A stretch of DNA of 34,869 bases, taken from NCBI GenBank assembly GCA_947494155.1, contig CANLTW010000015.1:1-34869 (forward strand). The letters are read 5' to 3'. Below are positions 1 to 9,586 of this stretch, in pieces; within the stretch, counting starts at the first letter, position 1; each line of letters begins with the position of its first letter. Under the pieces are notes generated by a model. That model was not told the origin of the DNA. It did no database searches and was given only the letters and a program-made list of their open reading frames with translations. The position numbers and the translations under genes are program-made. This DNA comes from Chlamydiota bacterium. Lineage in GTDB: Bacteria > Chlamydiota > Chlamydiia > Chlamydiales > RGXB01.

Positions 1-31
1 TCATAATTTTTTATAAAATGAGGAAATAAAT

Positions 32-508
32 ATGCAAGCATGTAAAACAGATAGCTCACCAATCATCAACTGGTTAGAAGAAAAACTTAAAGAAATCGCA
101 ACAACAGTGGAACAAGACGCTGAAAAAGCGATTAAGAATGTTCGTGGGCAAATTGCTGATTACATAGACAAAAATGCGCAAGTTTTGGCCGATAAAGTCA
201 AGGATGCTATTGAAAAAGCAGGTGGCTCAATTGAAGCAGAAATAGGTAAAATTGGAACCATGATTGGTACGGATATAGATCAGGCAATCCAAACGACTGT
301 GACCGATGTTTGTAAATTTCTAGGGATCGATCCGACAACTACTCAAAAAATTGAATCTGAAATTCAAGCAGAGGTCGACAGTAAGGTCTCTGGAGCTATT
401 ACAAAAATCGAAAGTAGTCTGAAAAATTTTGTGGATCACGGTGCTGCAAAAATTGACACAGATATTGCAAATGCCTTGCATGACCTAGCTAGTAAAATTA
501 GAGGTTAA
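32..508 (+). CDS. Hypothetical all-helical amphipathic protein (apolipoprotein/LEA-like composition)
   Basis: 158-aa ORF with a GAGGA SD upstream of the ATG; rich in A/I/D/K/E with amphipathic periodicity; followed by a hairpin. Confidence 0.75.
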   Translation: MQACKTDSSPIINWLEEKLKEIATTVEQDAEKAIKNVRGQIADYIDKNAQVLADKVKDAIEKAGGSIEAEIGKIGTMIGTDIDQAIQTTVTDVCKFLGIDPTTTQKIESEIQAEVDSKVSGAITKIESSLKNFVDHGAAKIDTDIANALHDLASKIRG

Positions 509-517
509 TCTCTTAAG

Positions 518-557
518 TGGGTGGGGGGTAATTTTTCGCCACCCCCCTATTTTTTTC
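518..557 (+). terminator. Probable intrinsic terminator
   Basis: G-rich arm GGGTGGGGGGT pairs with CCACCCCCC, followed by TATTTTTTT just after the stop codon. Confidence 0.55.
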
Positions 558-636
558 GTATGAAACCTAAGGTTTATTGCTTTTAATACTATCTAGTATT
601 TATAATTTTCAGCGCTAATGCCCCAAGGACACTTTT

Positions 637-2100
637 GTGATACCACCTCTGCAAATAGATAGCTTAGAGCCACTGATAGATCTTGATGACCACTTTCTAT
701 CCACCCCGTTTTCCTTTGAATCTCTCCCCCCTTTTTTTTCGCAAACTTTAGCCGCTCCCTTACTACCACCTAAAAAACTGCAACCATACCCCTTAGAGTG
801 TACTCTAGTGGAACTGCAGCAAGATGTTGATAAATTTGAACATTTGACTCACGACCTGTATGAAAATGGCTTCCCCCAATCTATTCTCCATTTCTGGTCC
901 TTATTTAGAAAAAGCGAGGATCCAGAACAAGCCTTACGCCAGTTTTCTCAAACTGAAGGATTCACGCCAGAATTTGTCCAGATGTCATCTTTATTGGGCT
1001 CCTTTTTTGTGAAGCATCTAATCGATTGCTGCCCCGAAATGCTCAACGAAAAAATTGAGGAGCCTTTAGATAGTTTTCCCCATACTTTGCTCACCAAAAT
1101 GGAGGTCTCGGATAAAAACCTGCTTATTTTTTTCCTATTCATCCAACAGCCAAAGATTTTACACAAAGTTCTGTTTTCCGTGGGATCTAGGTTTTACGAT
1201 CTTTTACATATCCACCCAAATTTTACACCGAAAATTCTACACAATTTGGAGGCGCTTGGATTTACCCGGGGACAAATCCTCAATAATTTGAAACTTTGGA
1301 CAAAATCAAGACCCTGCTTTGACAGAACTAGTCAAAGGAGGCTATCCGATATTTTTGATCAGGAAATCGGGCGTATTGTCTATTGGCTTCTCACTAAGCA
1401 ACAGGAAAATATTTTCTTACAGGATACAACCCCCTTTTCTAAAGAGGGCTTAGAACTGATCCTTTTTGAGACAAAACAGGGGTTGAACCAATTTCAGGAG
1501 GCTTTGCCCACCCTATTAAGCCCCCCCTTAAAAATTGGTTCTGGGCTGTACGCTAATGTGGTTTCTCTTTTCAAAATTCACCTGGAAGCTGTTTTAAAAC
1601 GTTTACATCCTGTGGACCATGATAGACTTTTACGCCTGGTACTGCTCAAGCATAAAGAGGTTTTTTCTAAAAAACTTATCTGTTTAATCCAATCGGGAAA
1701 TTTTTTATGGTCGAATGTTGCCTCGTTTTTCTTCAGTATTCTCCTGAATGACCTCTCTAAGGAGGATCAATTCCGTCTCATCACTGAGCAGGACCGAGCG
1801 GGAGATTTCCTTTTCAGTAGTTGCATGCTCTGGTTGAACCTTAAACCTTGTCCTAAAATGCATCTCATCAAAGAGATCTCTACGACGGCCGACGTAAGCT
1901 TACAGACAGTATTAAAAATTGTAGAAAGCCCTATCCTGAATAAAGAAGAAAAAATAAAAATTTGCAAACTTCAGCGGATCGAAACATTTATTCGGGAATT
2001 ACCCTCTGCAGCCCAAGAGAAAATTTTCCAAGATATAGATAGAGAAGGGCTTGTACGACCTCTTAAAAAGAGAAAAAAAACCGCTTTTGAGTTGGCTTGA
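637..2100 (+). CDS. Hypothetical protein, candidate effector with C-terminal NLS-like motif
   Basis: 487-aa ORF (GTG start); Pro-rich N-terminus; ends RPLKKRKKTAFELA; no recognisable domain. Confidence 0.7.
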   Translation: MIPPLQIDSLEPLIDLDDHFLSTPFSFESLPPFFSQTLAAPLLPPKKLQPYPLECTLVELQQDVDKFEHLTHDLYENGFPQSILHFWSLFRKSEDPEQALRQFSQTEGFTPEFVQMSSLLGSFFVKHLIDCCPEMLNEKIEEPLDSFPHTLLTKMEVSDKNLLIFFLFIQQPKILHKVLFSVGSRFYDLLHIHPNFTPKILHNLEALGFTRGQILNNLKLWTKSRPCFDRTSQRRLSDIFDQEIGRIVYWLLTKQQENIFLQDTTPFSKEGLELILFETKQGLNQFQEALPTLLSPPLKIGSGLYANVVSLFKIHLEAVLKRLHPVDHDRLLRLVLLKHKEVFSKKLICLIQSGNFLWSNVASFFFSILLNDLSKEDQFRLITEQDRAGDFLFSSCMLWLNLKPCPKMHLIKEISTTADVSLQTVLKIVESPILNKEEKIKICKLQRIETFIRELPSAAQEKIFQDIDREGLVRPLKKRKKTAFELA

Positions 2101-2156
2101 ATCTTATCATTCGATCGGCTCAAAGAAACTAAATTTGATTACAATTTTCTCAAAGG

Positions 2157-2924
2157 ATGATTATGTCAGGATTAGATTTCCGTTTGGAAAAAAATGTGCT
2201 CCACCTTTTGGAAACTCCAACTAAAGATCTAGACTCCTTCCCATTTACCTCACAAATAAAATCGGATCTTTTTGATAAAAGAACCCAACAAGATCTGGAA
2301 GATGGGGAATTTTCAAGAGTATTGAGGACTCTTTGGAGTGAGGAGGATCTCAAAAAAAAACTCTTTTGGCTCGAGCAAAAATCGATTGAATCCCATCCCC
2401 TTCTCCTTTTTGAGGAGGCTATTGCAAAATTTCAAGATACCCCTACCTTAACTGTTTTAGTTCAAGAGACGATTCCGCTGGTCCATGGGGCCCATTTTCG
2501 CCTTTTGCAGGATGCCGCCTGTTCATTAAACCCAGTTGTGCCTATACATATTGTCGATCGTATTCTGGAGAACTATCGAGTGCGCTTGGGTCAACTCGTC
2601 TATAAAAAGCTTAAAAAACCGTTATTTATTATAGAGAATGAAGCTCAAATTCAAGAATTAAATCTTTTAAAAGTGAAACAGATCGCTGAAAACAGCCTCT
2701 CAAGAGCGCTCCCTAGCCCGGTATGGATCGGATTTTGCGGAATGAACTGCTTTAGTGTAGGTAAACCCAATATGATACGGTCAACAGATTTTACTCCGGT
2801 TCGCCACTCTTATGCTTTGCAGGAACTTGCTAAAAAGGGGATCGTTCAGCTAAATCGACCGAAACCAAAAGTCGGTACAGCACTCTTGGAGGAGCTTCTT
2901 GCGAAAATAACCTCTTTGATCTAA
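2157..2924 (+). CDS. Hypothetical protein
   Basis: 255-aa ORF co-oriented with the upstream gene; AAGGA lies about 5 nt upstream of the in-frame ATG at 2163. Confidence 0.7.
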   Translation: MIMSGLDFRLEKNVLHLLETPTKDLDSFPFTSQIKSDLFDKRTQQDLEDGEFSRVLRTLWSEEDLKKKLFWLEQKSIESHPLLLFEEAIAKFQDTPTLTVLVQETIPLVHGAHFRLLQDAACSLNPVVPIHIVDRILENYRVRLGQLVYKKLKKPLFIIENEAQIQELNLLKVKQIAENSLSRALPSPVWIGFCGMNCFSVGKPNMIRSTDFTPVRHSYALQELAKKGIVQLNRPKPKVGTALLEELLAKITSLI

Positions 2925-2964
2925 CTTCAAGCTTTTAAAAGAAACCTCCATTTTATTCCTAACG

Positions 2965-3696
2965 CTACACCCCAAGTAGGCTTTCCACACAGGAAAAATA
3001 GACCCACTTGCCCAAAGCTGCCCCAGTAAGAGGGCCAAAGAACGGAATCCAGGCATATGACCACTCCGATGATACTTTCCCCGGATAGTGTATCAGTTGA
3101 TGCACCAACCTGGGGGCTAGATCTCTTGCAGGGTTGATTGCATAACCGGTAGTCCCTCCTAACGAGAGGCCGATCGAAAATACAGCCAAACCAATTAATA
3201 GGCCATGCAATCCGCTAGCAAGCTGGTTCATCGGATCAATAATGGCAAAAACCGTTATTACCAAAACGAAAGTACCCACAACTTCGGTCAAAAAATTAGT
3301 CCCTTTTGTGGGATATTGAGGAGACGTGCAAAAAGACATCAACTTGAATTTTGGGTCTTTGAGAGGGGAAAAAAAGTGGTTTTTATACAGCAAAAACACA
3401 AGTAGGGAGCCACAAAAAGCCCCTGCAAACTCCCCGGCTAAATAATAAGGGACGTTGCCCAAGGCGATTTTATTAGCTAAAAGAAAAGCCAAAGTAATCG
3501 CTGGATTCATGTGAGCCCCGCTGATTGAACCGATAAGGGTAATCCCAAAAACCACAGCAAAAGCCCAACCGGCCGTGATCACAATCCAGCCCCCATTCTC
3601 CCCTTTTGTATCGGGAAGAATAGCATTAGCTGTTACCCCATTTCCCAAAAGGATTAAAAGAAATGTACCAAAAAACTCTGCTAGAAAAATGGACAT
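2965..3696 (-). CDS. glpF: Glycerol uptake facilitator (MIP/aquaglyceroporin)
   Basis: AEFFGTFLLILLGNGV; two NPA boxes (SGAHMNPAIT, GYAINPARDLAPR); adjacent to glpK. Confidence 0.95.
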   Translation of the reverse strand: MSIFLAEFFGTFLLILLGNGVTANAILPDTKGENGGWIVITAGWAFAVVFGITLIGSISGAHMNPAITLAFLLANKIALGNVPYYLAGEFAGAFCGSLLVFLLYKNHFFSPLKDPKFKLMSFCTSPQYPTKGTNFLTEVVGTFVLVITVFAIIDPMNQLASGLHGLLIGLAVFSIGLSLGGTTGYAINPARDLAPRLVHQLIHYPGKVSSEWSYAWIPFFGPLTGAALGKWVYFSCVESLLGV

Positions 3697-3796
3697 ACCT
3701 TACCCTTAAAATTTTGTTTGACAATTGCCTAAAATTAAGGGATTTCTAATTTTAACCCCAGTATTTTTAAAACCAACGCTCCCCATCAAAGGCTTT

Positions 3797-5296
3797 ATGA
3801 AAAACTTTATCCTTGCACTCGACCAGGGCACTACCAGTTCAAGATCGGTAATTTACGACTTAAAAGGAAACTGTATAGCCACCGCTCAAAAAGCTTTTCA
3901 ACAATATTTTCCCAAACCCGGGTTGGTTGAGCAAAATCCTCTCGAGATTTGGACCTCTCAATATGCTACAATGGTGGAGGTGATAGCAAAAGCACGTATT
4001 CGCCCTGATGAGATCGCTGCAATTGGGATCACCAATCAACGTGAAACCACTATCGTTTGGGATAAAAAAACGGGCAATCCGATATACAACGCGATTGTGT
4101 GGCAAGACCGGCGTACAATCGATTTATGTGAAAAACTCCAAAAGGGGGGCAAAAGCGAAGCGATCCAAAAAGCTACTGGCCTCCAGATTGACCCCTACTT
4201 CAGCGCCACAAAAATCCAGTGGATTTTAGAGAATGTTCCCAAAGCCAAAGAAAAAGCGCTGAACGGAGAGCTCGCTTTTGGAACAGTGGACACATGGCTC
4301 ATTTACCAATTGACAGGAAAAACGGTGCACGCTACCGATCCGTCAAATGCAAGTAGAACCATGCTTTTTGATTTAAAAAAACATGCCTTCACTCAAGAAT
4401 TAGCCGATCTTTTTTCGATTCCTTTGTCGATTTTACCCCAAGTATATCCCTCTAACTCCCATTTTGGAACAGTTTGCCCCCAAATTCTCCCGTATCCAGT
4501 ACCGATAACCGGTGTTCTTGGAGATCAGCAAGCCGCCCTATTTGGTCAGGAGTGCTTTACTAAAGGAATGGCAAAAACCACTTATGGCACAGGTTGTTTC
4601 ATCCTGATGAATCTGGGAGATAAGATAGAGTACTCAAAACATAAAATGCTCACGACCGTTGCTTGGCAAATCGGTGATGCGGTGACATATGCGCTTGAAG
4701 GGAGCGTATTTATAGGAGGAGCTGCCATTCAATGGGTGCGCGACGGCCTGGGAATAATCCAAAATTCGCGCGATATCGAGGAGCTTGCCGCTAAAGTCTT
4801 GTCTACTGACGGAGTCTTATTCATCCCCGCTCTGACAGGTCTTGGCGCTCCCCACTGGGATCCTAAGGCAAAAGGGGCTATTTTTGGCATCACTAGAGGT
4901 ACCAAAGCAGCCCATATCGCCCTTGCAACTCTACAGGGGATCGCATTTTTGGTATACGATGTGATCGAAGCGATGCAGCATGATACAGATATCCCTTTAA
5001 AAACAATGCGTGTTGATGGGGGCGTTTCAAGAAGTGACCTGATGCTTCAATTTCAATCGGATTTACTCCAAATCGAAATTGAACGCCCACCCTCAAGTGA
5101 AATGACCGCCTTCGGAGCCGCCCTCATGGCAGGTCTAGGAAGCAAGGTGTATTCCTCAGTAAAAGATTTAGAAAACCTCTACAAAAAAGACCGAACCTTC
5201 CTCCCTAATAAAAATCTCAAAATGCAAGAACTCAAAGATCGCTTCCATAAAGCGGTCGAATTAATCAAAGCGCTGGAAAATGAAGATGCATCGTGA
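3797..5296 (+). CDS. glpK: Glycerol kinase
   Basis: LALDQGTTSSR, GITNQRETT, IVWQDRRT, DPYFSATK, GDQQAALFG, KTTYGTGCF. Start moved from the track's TTG 3725 to ATG 3797 (MKNFILALDQG), which matches the family N-terminus. Confidence 0.97.
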   Translation: MKNFILALDQGTTSSRSVIYDLKGNCIATAQKAFQQYFPKPGLVEQNPLEIWTSQYATMVEVIAKARIRPDEIAAIGITNQRETTIVWDKKTGNPIYNAIVWQDRRTIDLCEKLQKGGKSEAIQKATGLQIDPYFSATKIQWILENVPKAKEKALNGELAFGTVDTWLIYQLTGKTVHATDPSNASRTMLFDLKKHAFTQELADLFSIPLSILPQVYPSNSHFGTVCPQILPYPVPITGVLGDQQAALFGQECFTKGMAKTTYGTGCFILMNLGDKIEYSKHKMLTTVAWQIGDAVTYALEGSVFIGGAAIQWVRDGLGIIQNSRDIEELAAKVLSTDGVLFIPALTGLGAPHWDPKAKGAIFGITRGTKAAHIALATLQGIAFLVYDVIEAMQHDTDIPLKTMRVDGGVSRSDLMLQFQSDLLQIEIERPPSSEMTAFGAALMAGLGSKVYSSVKDLENLYKKDRTFLPNKNLKMQELKDRFHKAVELIKALENEDAS

Positions 5297-6839
5297 AGAA
5301 CTCCTTAAAAAAGCCCGAAAAGAATCCTCTTTTGATGTGATCATAATTGGTGGAGGGGCATCAGGATTGGGAAGCGCTGTCGACGCTGCAACTCGAGGTC
5401 TCAAGGTTCTTTTGGTGGAGCAGCTTGATTTTGGAAAGGGGACCTCCTCAAAATCGACAAAGCTCATCCATGGTGGGCTAAGATATCTTCAGCAAGGGAA
5501 TATAAAACTTGTCAGAGAGGCCCTAAAGGAGCGGGGGCTTCTTACAAAAAATGCCCCCCATCTTGTTTCAGAGCGCCGTTTTCTGATTCCGGTGTATCAC
5601 TGGTACGAGCTCCCATTTTATGGAGCTGGATTAAAAATTTATGATTTTCTCTCTTTTTCCTATAGCCTCAAAAAAACCGAAATTCTCTCAAAAAAAGAGG
5701 TGATTGAGGCGGCACCTGAAATCCAAAAAAATGGGCTCAAGGGGGGGCTTGTCTATTCAGACGGGCAATTTGATGATGCGAGACTTTTGATCACATTGGC
5801 TCGTACAGCTGTAAATCTTGGGGCAATTTGCCTCAATTACATGAAAGTGGTAAAACTCGTAAAAGAAAACGGTCAGCTTCATGGACTGCTAGCGGAAGAT
5901 TTTTTTACTAAAGAAAACATCTTCTTTAGTGGGAAAGTGATCCTGAATGCCACGGGTGTTTTCGCGGACGGTATTCGACACCAAGATGACCCTGAAGCGC
6001 ACACCATGATGGCCCCTAGCCAAGGGATCCACTTGGTACTCCCTAAAAGTTTCCTCTCCCAAGAGACTGCCGTCCTTATTCCAAGTACAGCTGATGGACG
6101 TGTCCTATTTATTGTGCCTTGGCATGATAAAGTTTTATTAGGAACCACCGATACTTTTAAAAAAACTATCGATCTAGAACCCCAATACCAAGAGGAGGAG
6201 ATCGAATTTCTTTTACAAGAGAGTGCAAAATACCTGGATAAACCACCCACTAGAAAAGATATCTTGAGTATTTTTTCCGGTCTAAGACCTCTTATTAGAG
6301 AAAAAAATAAACCGACCAAAGCGATCAGTAGAGAACACCTGATTGAGGTCTCTTCAAGTGGGCTAATTACCCTCGTAGGGGGGAAATGGACCACTTTTAG
6401 AAAGATGGGTGAAGACGCGATCGATGCATGCCAAAAAAAGCTAAATATTCATAAAAAACAATCCCAAACCGAACACCTTAAGCTCCATGGGTATTTGGAT
6501 ACTTTTGATGCAAATGATCCCCTTTTGCCCTACGGAACCGATAAAGAAGCTATTTTGAAAATCGCTAAAGCCCAACCTGAATACGCAAAAAAAATCCATC
6601 CGAAACTCCCCTACATAAAAGCGGAGATTCTGTTCGCTGTAAGAGAAGAGATGGCAAGACGCCTTGAAGACGTTTTATGCCGCAGAACCAGGGCCCTTTT
6701 TTTAGATGCAAAAAGCACACTGGAGGCTGCCTCTGATGTGGCTAAAATTATGGCAACTGAGCTTGCTTTATCCGAAGATTGGGTCCATCAGGAGCTAAAA
6801 GATTTTAGAGAAATTGCTGCCTATTTTACCCCTCCCTAA
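5280..6839 (+). CDS. glpD: FAD-dependent glycerol-3-phosphate dehydrogenase
   Basis: DVIIIGGGASG, GTSSKSTKLIHGGLRYL, DGQFDDARL, GGKWTTFRKM; overlaps the glpK stop. Confidence 0.95.
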   Translation: MKMHREELLKKARKESSFDVIIIGGGASGLGSAVDAATRGLKVLLVEQLDFGKGTSSKSTKLIHGGLRYLQQGNIKLVREALKERGLLTKNAPHLVSERRFLIPVYHWYELPFYGAGLKIYDFLSFSYSLKKTEILSKKEVIEAAPEIQKNGLKGGLVYSDGQFDDARLLITLARTAVNLGAICLNYMKVVKLVKENGQLHGLLAEDFFTKENIFFSGKVILNATGVFADGIRHQDDPEAHTMMAPSQGIHLVLPKSFLSQETAVLIPSTADGRVLFIVPWHDKVLLGTTDTFKKTIDLEPQYQEEEIEFLLQESAKYLDKPPTRKDILSIFSGLRPLIREKNKPTKAISREHLIEVSSSGLITLVGGKWTTFRKMGEDAIDACQKKLNIHKKQSQTEHLKLHGYLDTFDANDPLLPYGTDKEAILKIAKAQPEYAKKIHPKLPYIKAEILFAVREEMARRLEDVLCRRTRALFLDAKSTLEAASDVAKIMATELALSEDWVHQELKDFREIAAYFTPP

Positions 6840-6918
6840 AGCCTCTAAAGTAAATGGCCTTATAAAAAGTTTATTCTTATTTATTTTTTATCCTTCGTTA
6901 GTTATAGCAGGATTAATA

Positions 6919-8385
6919 ATGGGATTTTCATCTAAAAATTCATTAAAGGTTTTTATCATAATGGGGATGCTTTTTTCTTGTAATCGCGACGTAGAAAAGG
7001 CAGACGTCTCTTTGCCTATATCCCTGCACGCACCGCTTGACGAGGCATTCACCTCTATGCAATTTTGCAAGGGGGGGTGGCCTCAGAGACAATGGTGGGA
7101 TTTTTTTGAAGATAGCCAACTAAGTACCCTTATAGAAAAAGCAATTCGGCAAAACCCCTCACTTAAAAAGGCGCAGGCGAAATGGGTCAGCTCCAATCAA
7201 TATGCAAAGGTAGTACGTTCAAAACTTTACCCCAACCTCTCGGGTAATTACACAGAGGACTGGACCTATTTCGGAAAAAACGGATTTGTTCTTGGTTTTT
7301 ACCCCTTACCTCCAAGCCTATCCCCCCCTCAGAGTGCAAACATTCTCGATCTTACCCTTAATTTTTCATACGAATTTGACTTTTGGGGAAAAAACAGGAT
7401 GCGCTATCAAGCAGCGTTGGGAAAAGTCATGACGGAGCTTGCCGAGTCTATACAGGCGGAGCTTATTTTGAGCAGCATGGTAGCTTTTAGCTACTTCGAA
7501 TATCAAACCCACCAAACCATTTTAGGGTTAAAAAATAAGATTCTGAATGATTTACTGGCAAGCGAATCCCTTGTTGAAAATAGGAATAAAATAGGTTTGG
7601 ATAACCTTTTCTCTGATTTAGACATTCAAGAAAAGATCCTCAATATTAGACAAGAGCTAGTAGACGTTAAGAAAAACATAGAGATAGATCTTGTCGTTTT
7701 AAAAAACCTTGTTGGTGAAGGCCCCGATAGTCTGATTAGCGTTGAGTACACACCTCTATTGATGGAAAAAACCCTAGAGGTTCCCGAAAATGTGGGTTTG
7801 GAGCTTTTAGGAAGACGCCCCGATTTGATCGCGATGATTTGGGATGTAGAGTCAAAGAGTAAAGAGATCGGCGTGGCGCAAACAGAGTTCTATCCTAACA
7901 TCACTTTGGGTGCAAATGGTGGCTTTGAAAGCCTACAGTTCAACACCCTTTTTTCTGGCGATAGCTTGACCGGATCACTAGTTCCAGCGGTTAGCCTCCC
8001 CCTTTTCACCGGTGGAAGACTTCAGGGAAATTTGGACGCTAAAACTGCCAAATTCAATGAAGCCGTTTATGCCTACAATGATGGTTTACTGAACGCTGTG
8101 AAAGAGGTAAGCTCCGAGTTGTATCAATTAAAAGCGCTTTTTGATCAGCAAAATATCCAAAAGAAAAAAATTCTCAATCGGCAAGAAAAACAACAGCTCA
8201 CCTCCCTACGTTGCGAGAAGGGGTTGGATGACCTCCTTAATTTCTATTTAAGTCGTATCGAGACTTTACAACAACAGGCTGAAAACGCTCAAATTGAAAA
8301 TTATCGATTAGCAAGTATGGTGCGCCTGATAAAATCCCTCGGTGGGGGATTTATGACACCTGAACTCCCCGATAGTGCCCCTTAG
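6919..8385 (+). CDS. Efflux outer-membrane factor lipoprotein (NodT/TolC family)
   Basis: WW..F.D.QL..LI..A...NP.L, ELLGRRPD, EFYPNITL, LIKSLGGG. Start moved to ATG 6919 (AGGA SD; signal peptide ending in the lipobox-like LFSC). Confidence 0.9.
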   Translation: MGFSSKNSLKVFIIMGMLFSCNRDVEKADVSLPISLHAPLDEAFTSMQFCKGGWPQRQWWDFFEDSQLSTLIEKAIRQNPSLKKAQAKWVSSNQYAKVVRSKLYPNLSGNYTEDWTYFGKNGFVLGFYPLPPSLSPPQSANILDLTLNFSYEFDFWGKNRMRYQAALGKVMTELAESIQAELILSSMVAFSYFEYQTHQTILGLKNKILNDLLASESLVENRNKIGLDNLFSDLDIQEKILNIRQELVDVKKNIEIDLVVLKNLVGEGPDSLISVEYTPLLMEKTLEVPENVGLELLGRRPDLIAMIWDVESKSKEIGVAQTEFYPNITLGANGGFESLQFNTLFSGDSLTGSLVPAVSLPLFTGGRLQGNLDAKTAKFNEAVYAYNDGLLNAVKEVSSELYQLKALFDQQNIQKKKILNRQEKQQLTSLRCEKGLDDLLNFYLSRIETLQQQAENAQIENYRLASMVRLIKSLGGGFMTPELPDSAP

Positions 8386-8395
8386 GTAGGATATT

Positions 8396-9586
8396 ATGAC
8401 TTTACCCCCACAAGAAACACCCCCGCAAGTTAAGACTTCTAGAAATAAAATCCTCCTTGGGGTTTCCCTTGGGCTTTCTGTTTTAACTCTGCTTTTTGGG
8501 CTCTATTGGTTTTTTTATGCCCGTTTCTACAAATTTACCGACGATGCCTACGTTGCAGGAAATACCGTGATGGTTACAGCCCAAGTACCAGGTATCATCA
8601 CCACCATTTACGCACAAGATGCCGATTTTGTAACCAAGGGGACCCCTTTAGTGCAAATTGACCCTACTGACCACCAAATCGCTCTCAACGCACTGGTGAA
8701 TGATCTGGGAAATCAGGTGCGAGATGTGGCTAAACTTTTCTTTTCCGTCGAAACCACAAAAGCCGATATCTTGGCTCAAAAAGCCCTTTTGAATAAAAAA
8801 ATCGAAGATTTTGAGCGGCGCAAAGCACTCATACCCTCAAATGCGGTCTCCCAGGAAGATTTCATGCACAGTAAATATGACATGGAGAACCAAGAGGCGC
8901 ATGTTTTAGCCTTAGAAAACACCCTTCTAGGCCTAGAAGCCCAAACAGAAAACACGACTATTGAGACCCACCCCAAAGTTCTGAGCCTTATTCAAAAAGT
9001 GCTTCAAGCCTACATCAACCTTAAAAGATGCACCCTTTATGCACCAGTAACCGGGGTAGTGGCCCAAAGGACCGTACAGGTTGGTAAATGGGTCGCGGTG
9101 ACGGAGCCCCTTTTATCTGTGGTTCCGCTTGATCAGATGTGGATTGAAGCAAATTTTAAAGAGACGCAGCTGAGCCGTGTGCGTGTGGGACAACCGGTAA
9201 AAATCCACTCGGATATCTACGGCCATTCAGTGGAATACTCGGGAGTAGTTGCAGGTGTCGGAGGGGGTACTGGTAGCGCTTTTTCTGTTCTTCCCCCACA
9301 AAATGCCACAGGAAACTGGATCAAGATTGTCCAAAGGGTTCCCGTACGTATTGATCTATCCAGAACTATGCTTGAGGAATTTCCTCTAAGAGTAGGTTTA
9401 TCTATGCTGGTGACTGTAGACACAACCCAAGATCAGGGCTCTATGACTGCGCAACCTAGAGACGTGGACACTGTACGTTTTGCCACAGATATTTATGCGA
9501 ATGAGGAGGCGGGGGCTTTAGAGCTGATTCGTCAAACTATCGAGACTAATCTCTCATTAGAGGCAAAAGATTTGGAATCAAAATGA
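8396..9586 (+). CDS. emrA: EmrA/HlyD-family membrane fusion protein
   Basis: N-terminal TM helix; TDDAYVAGN, WIEANFKETQL, GSAFSVLPPQNATGNWIKIVQRVPVRI. Confidence 0.93.
   Translation: MTLPPQETPPQVKTSRNKILLGVSLGLSVLTLLFGLYWFFYARFYKFTDDAYVAGNTVMVTAQVPGIITTIYAQDADFVTKGTPLVQIDPTDHQIALNALVNDLGNQVRDVAKLFFSVETTKADILAQKALLNKKIEDFERRKALIPSNAVSQEDFMHSKYDMENQEAHVLALENTLLGLEAQTENTTIETHPKVLSLIQKVLQAYINLKRCTLYAPVTGVVAQRTVQVGKWVAVTEPLLSVVPLDQMWIEANFKETQLSRVRVGQPVKIHSDIYGHSVEYSGVVAGVGGGTGSAFSVLPPQNATGNWIKIVQRVPVRIDLSRTMLEEFPLRVGLSMLVTVDTTQDQGSMTAQPRDVDTVRFATDIYANEEAGALELIRQTIETNLSLEAKDLESK

Noticed and set aside
3725..3796. N-terminal extension of GlpK given by the ORF track
   Set aside because: Lies in the divergent promoter region; family homology begins at ATG 3797
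5879..6394. 171-aa antisense ORF inside glpD, plus the many other 60-113 aa nested ORFs in the track
   Set aside because: Shadow frames of well-supported genes, with no recognisable motifs
6814..6918. N-terminal extension of the efflux outer-membrane factor
   Set aside because: Overlaps glpD; ATG 6919 has an SD and gives a normal lipoprotein signal
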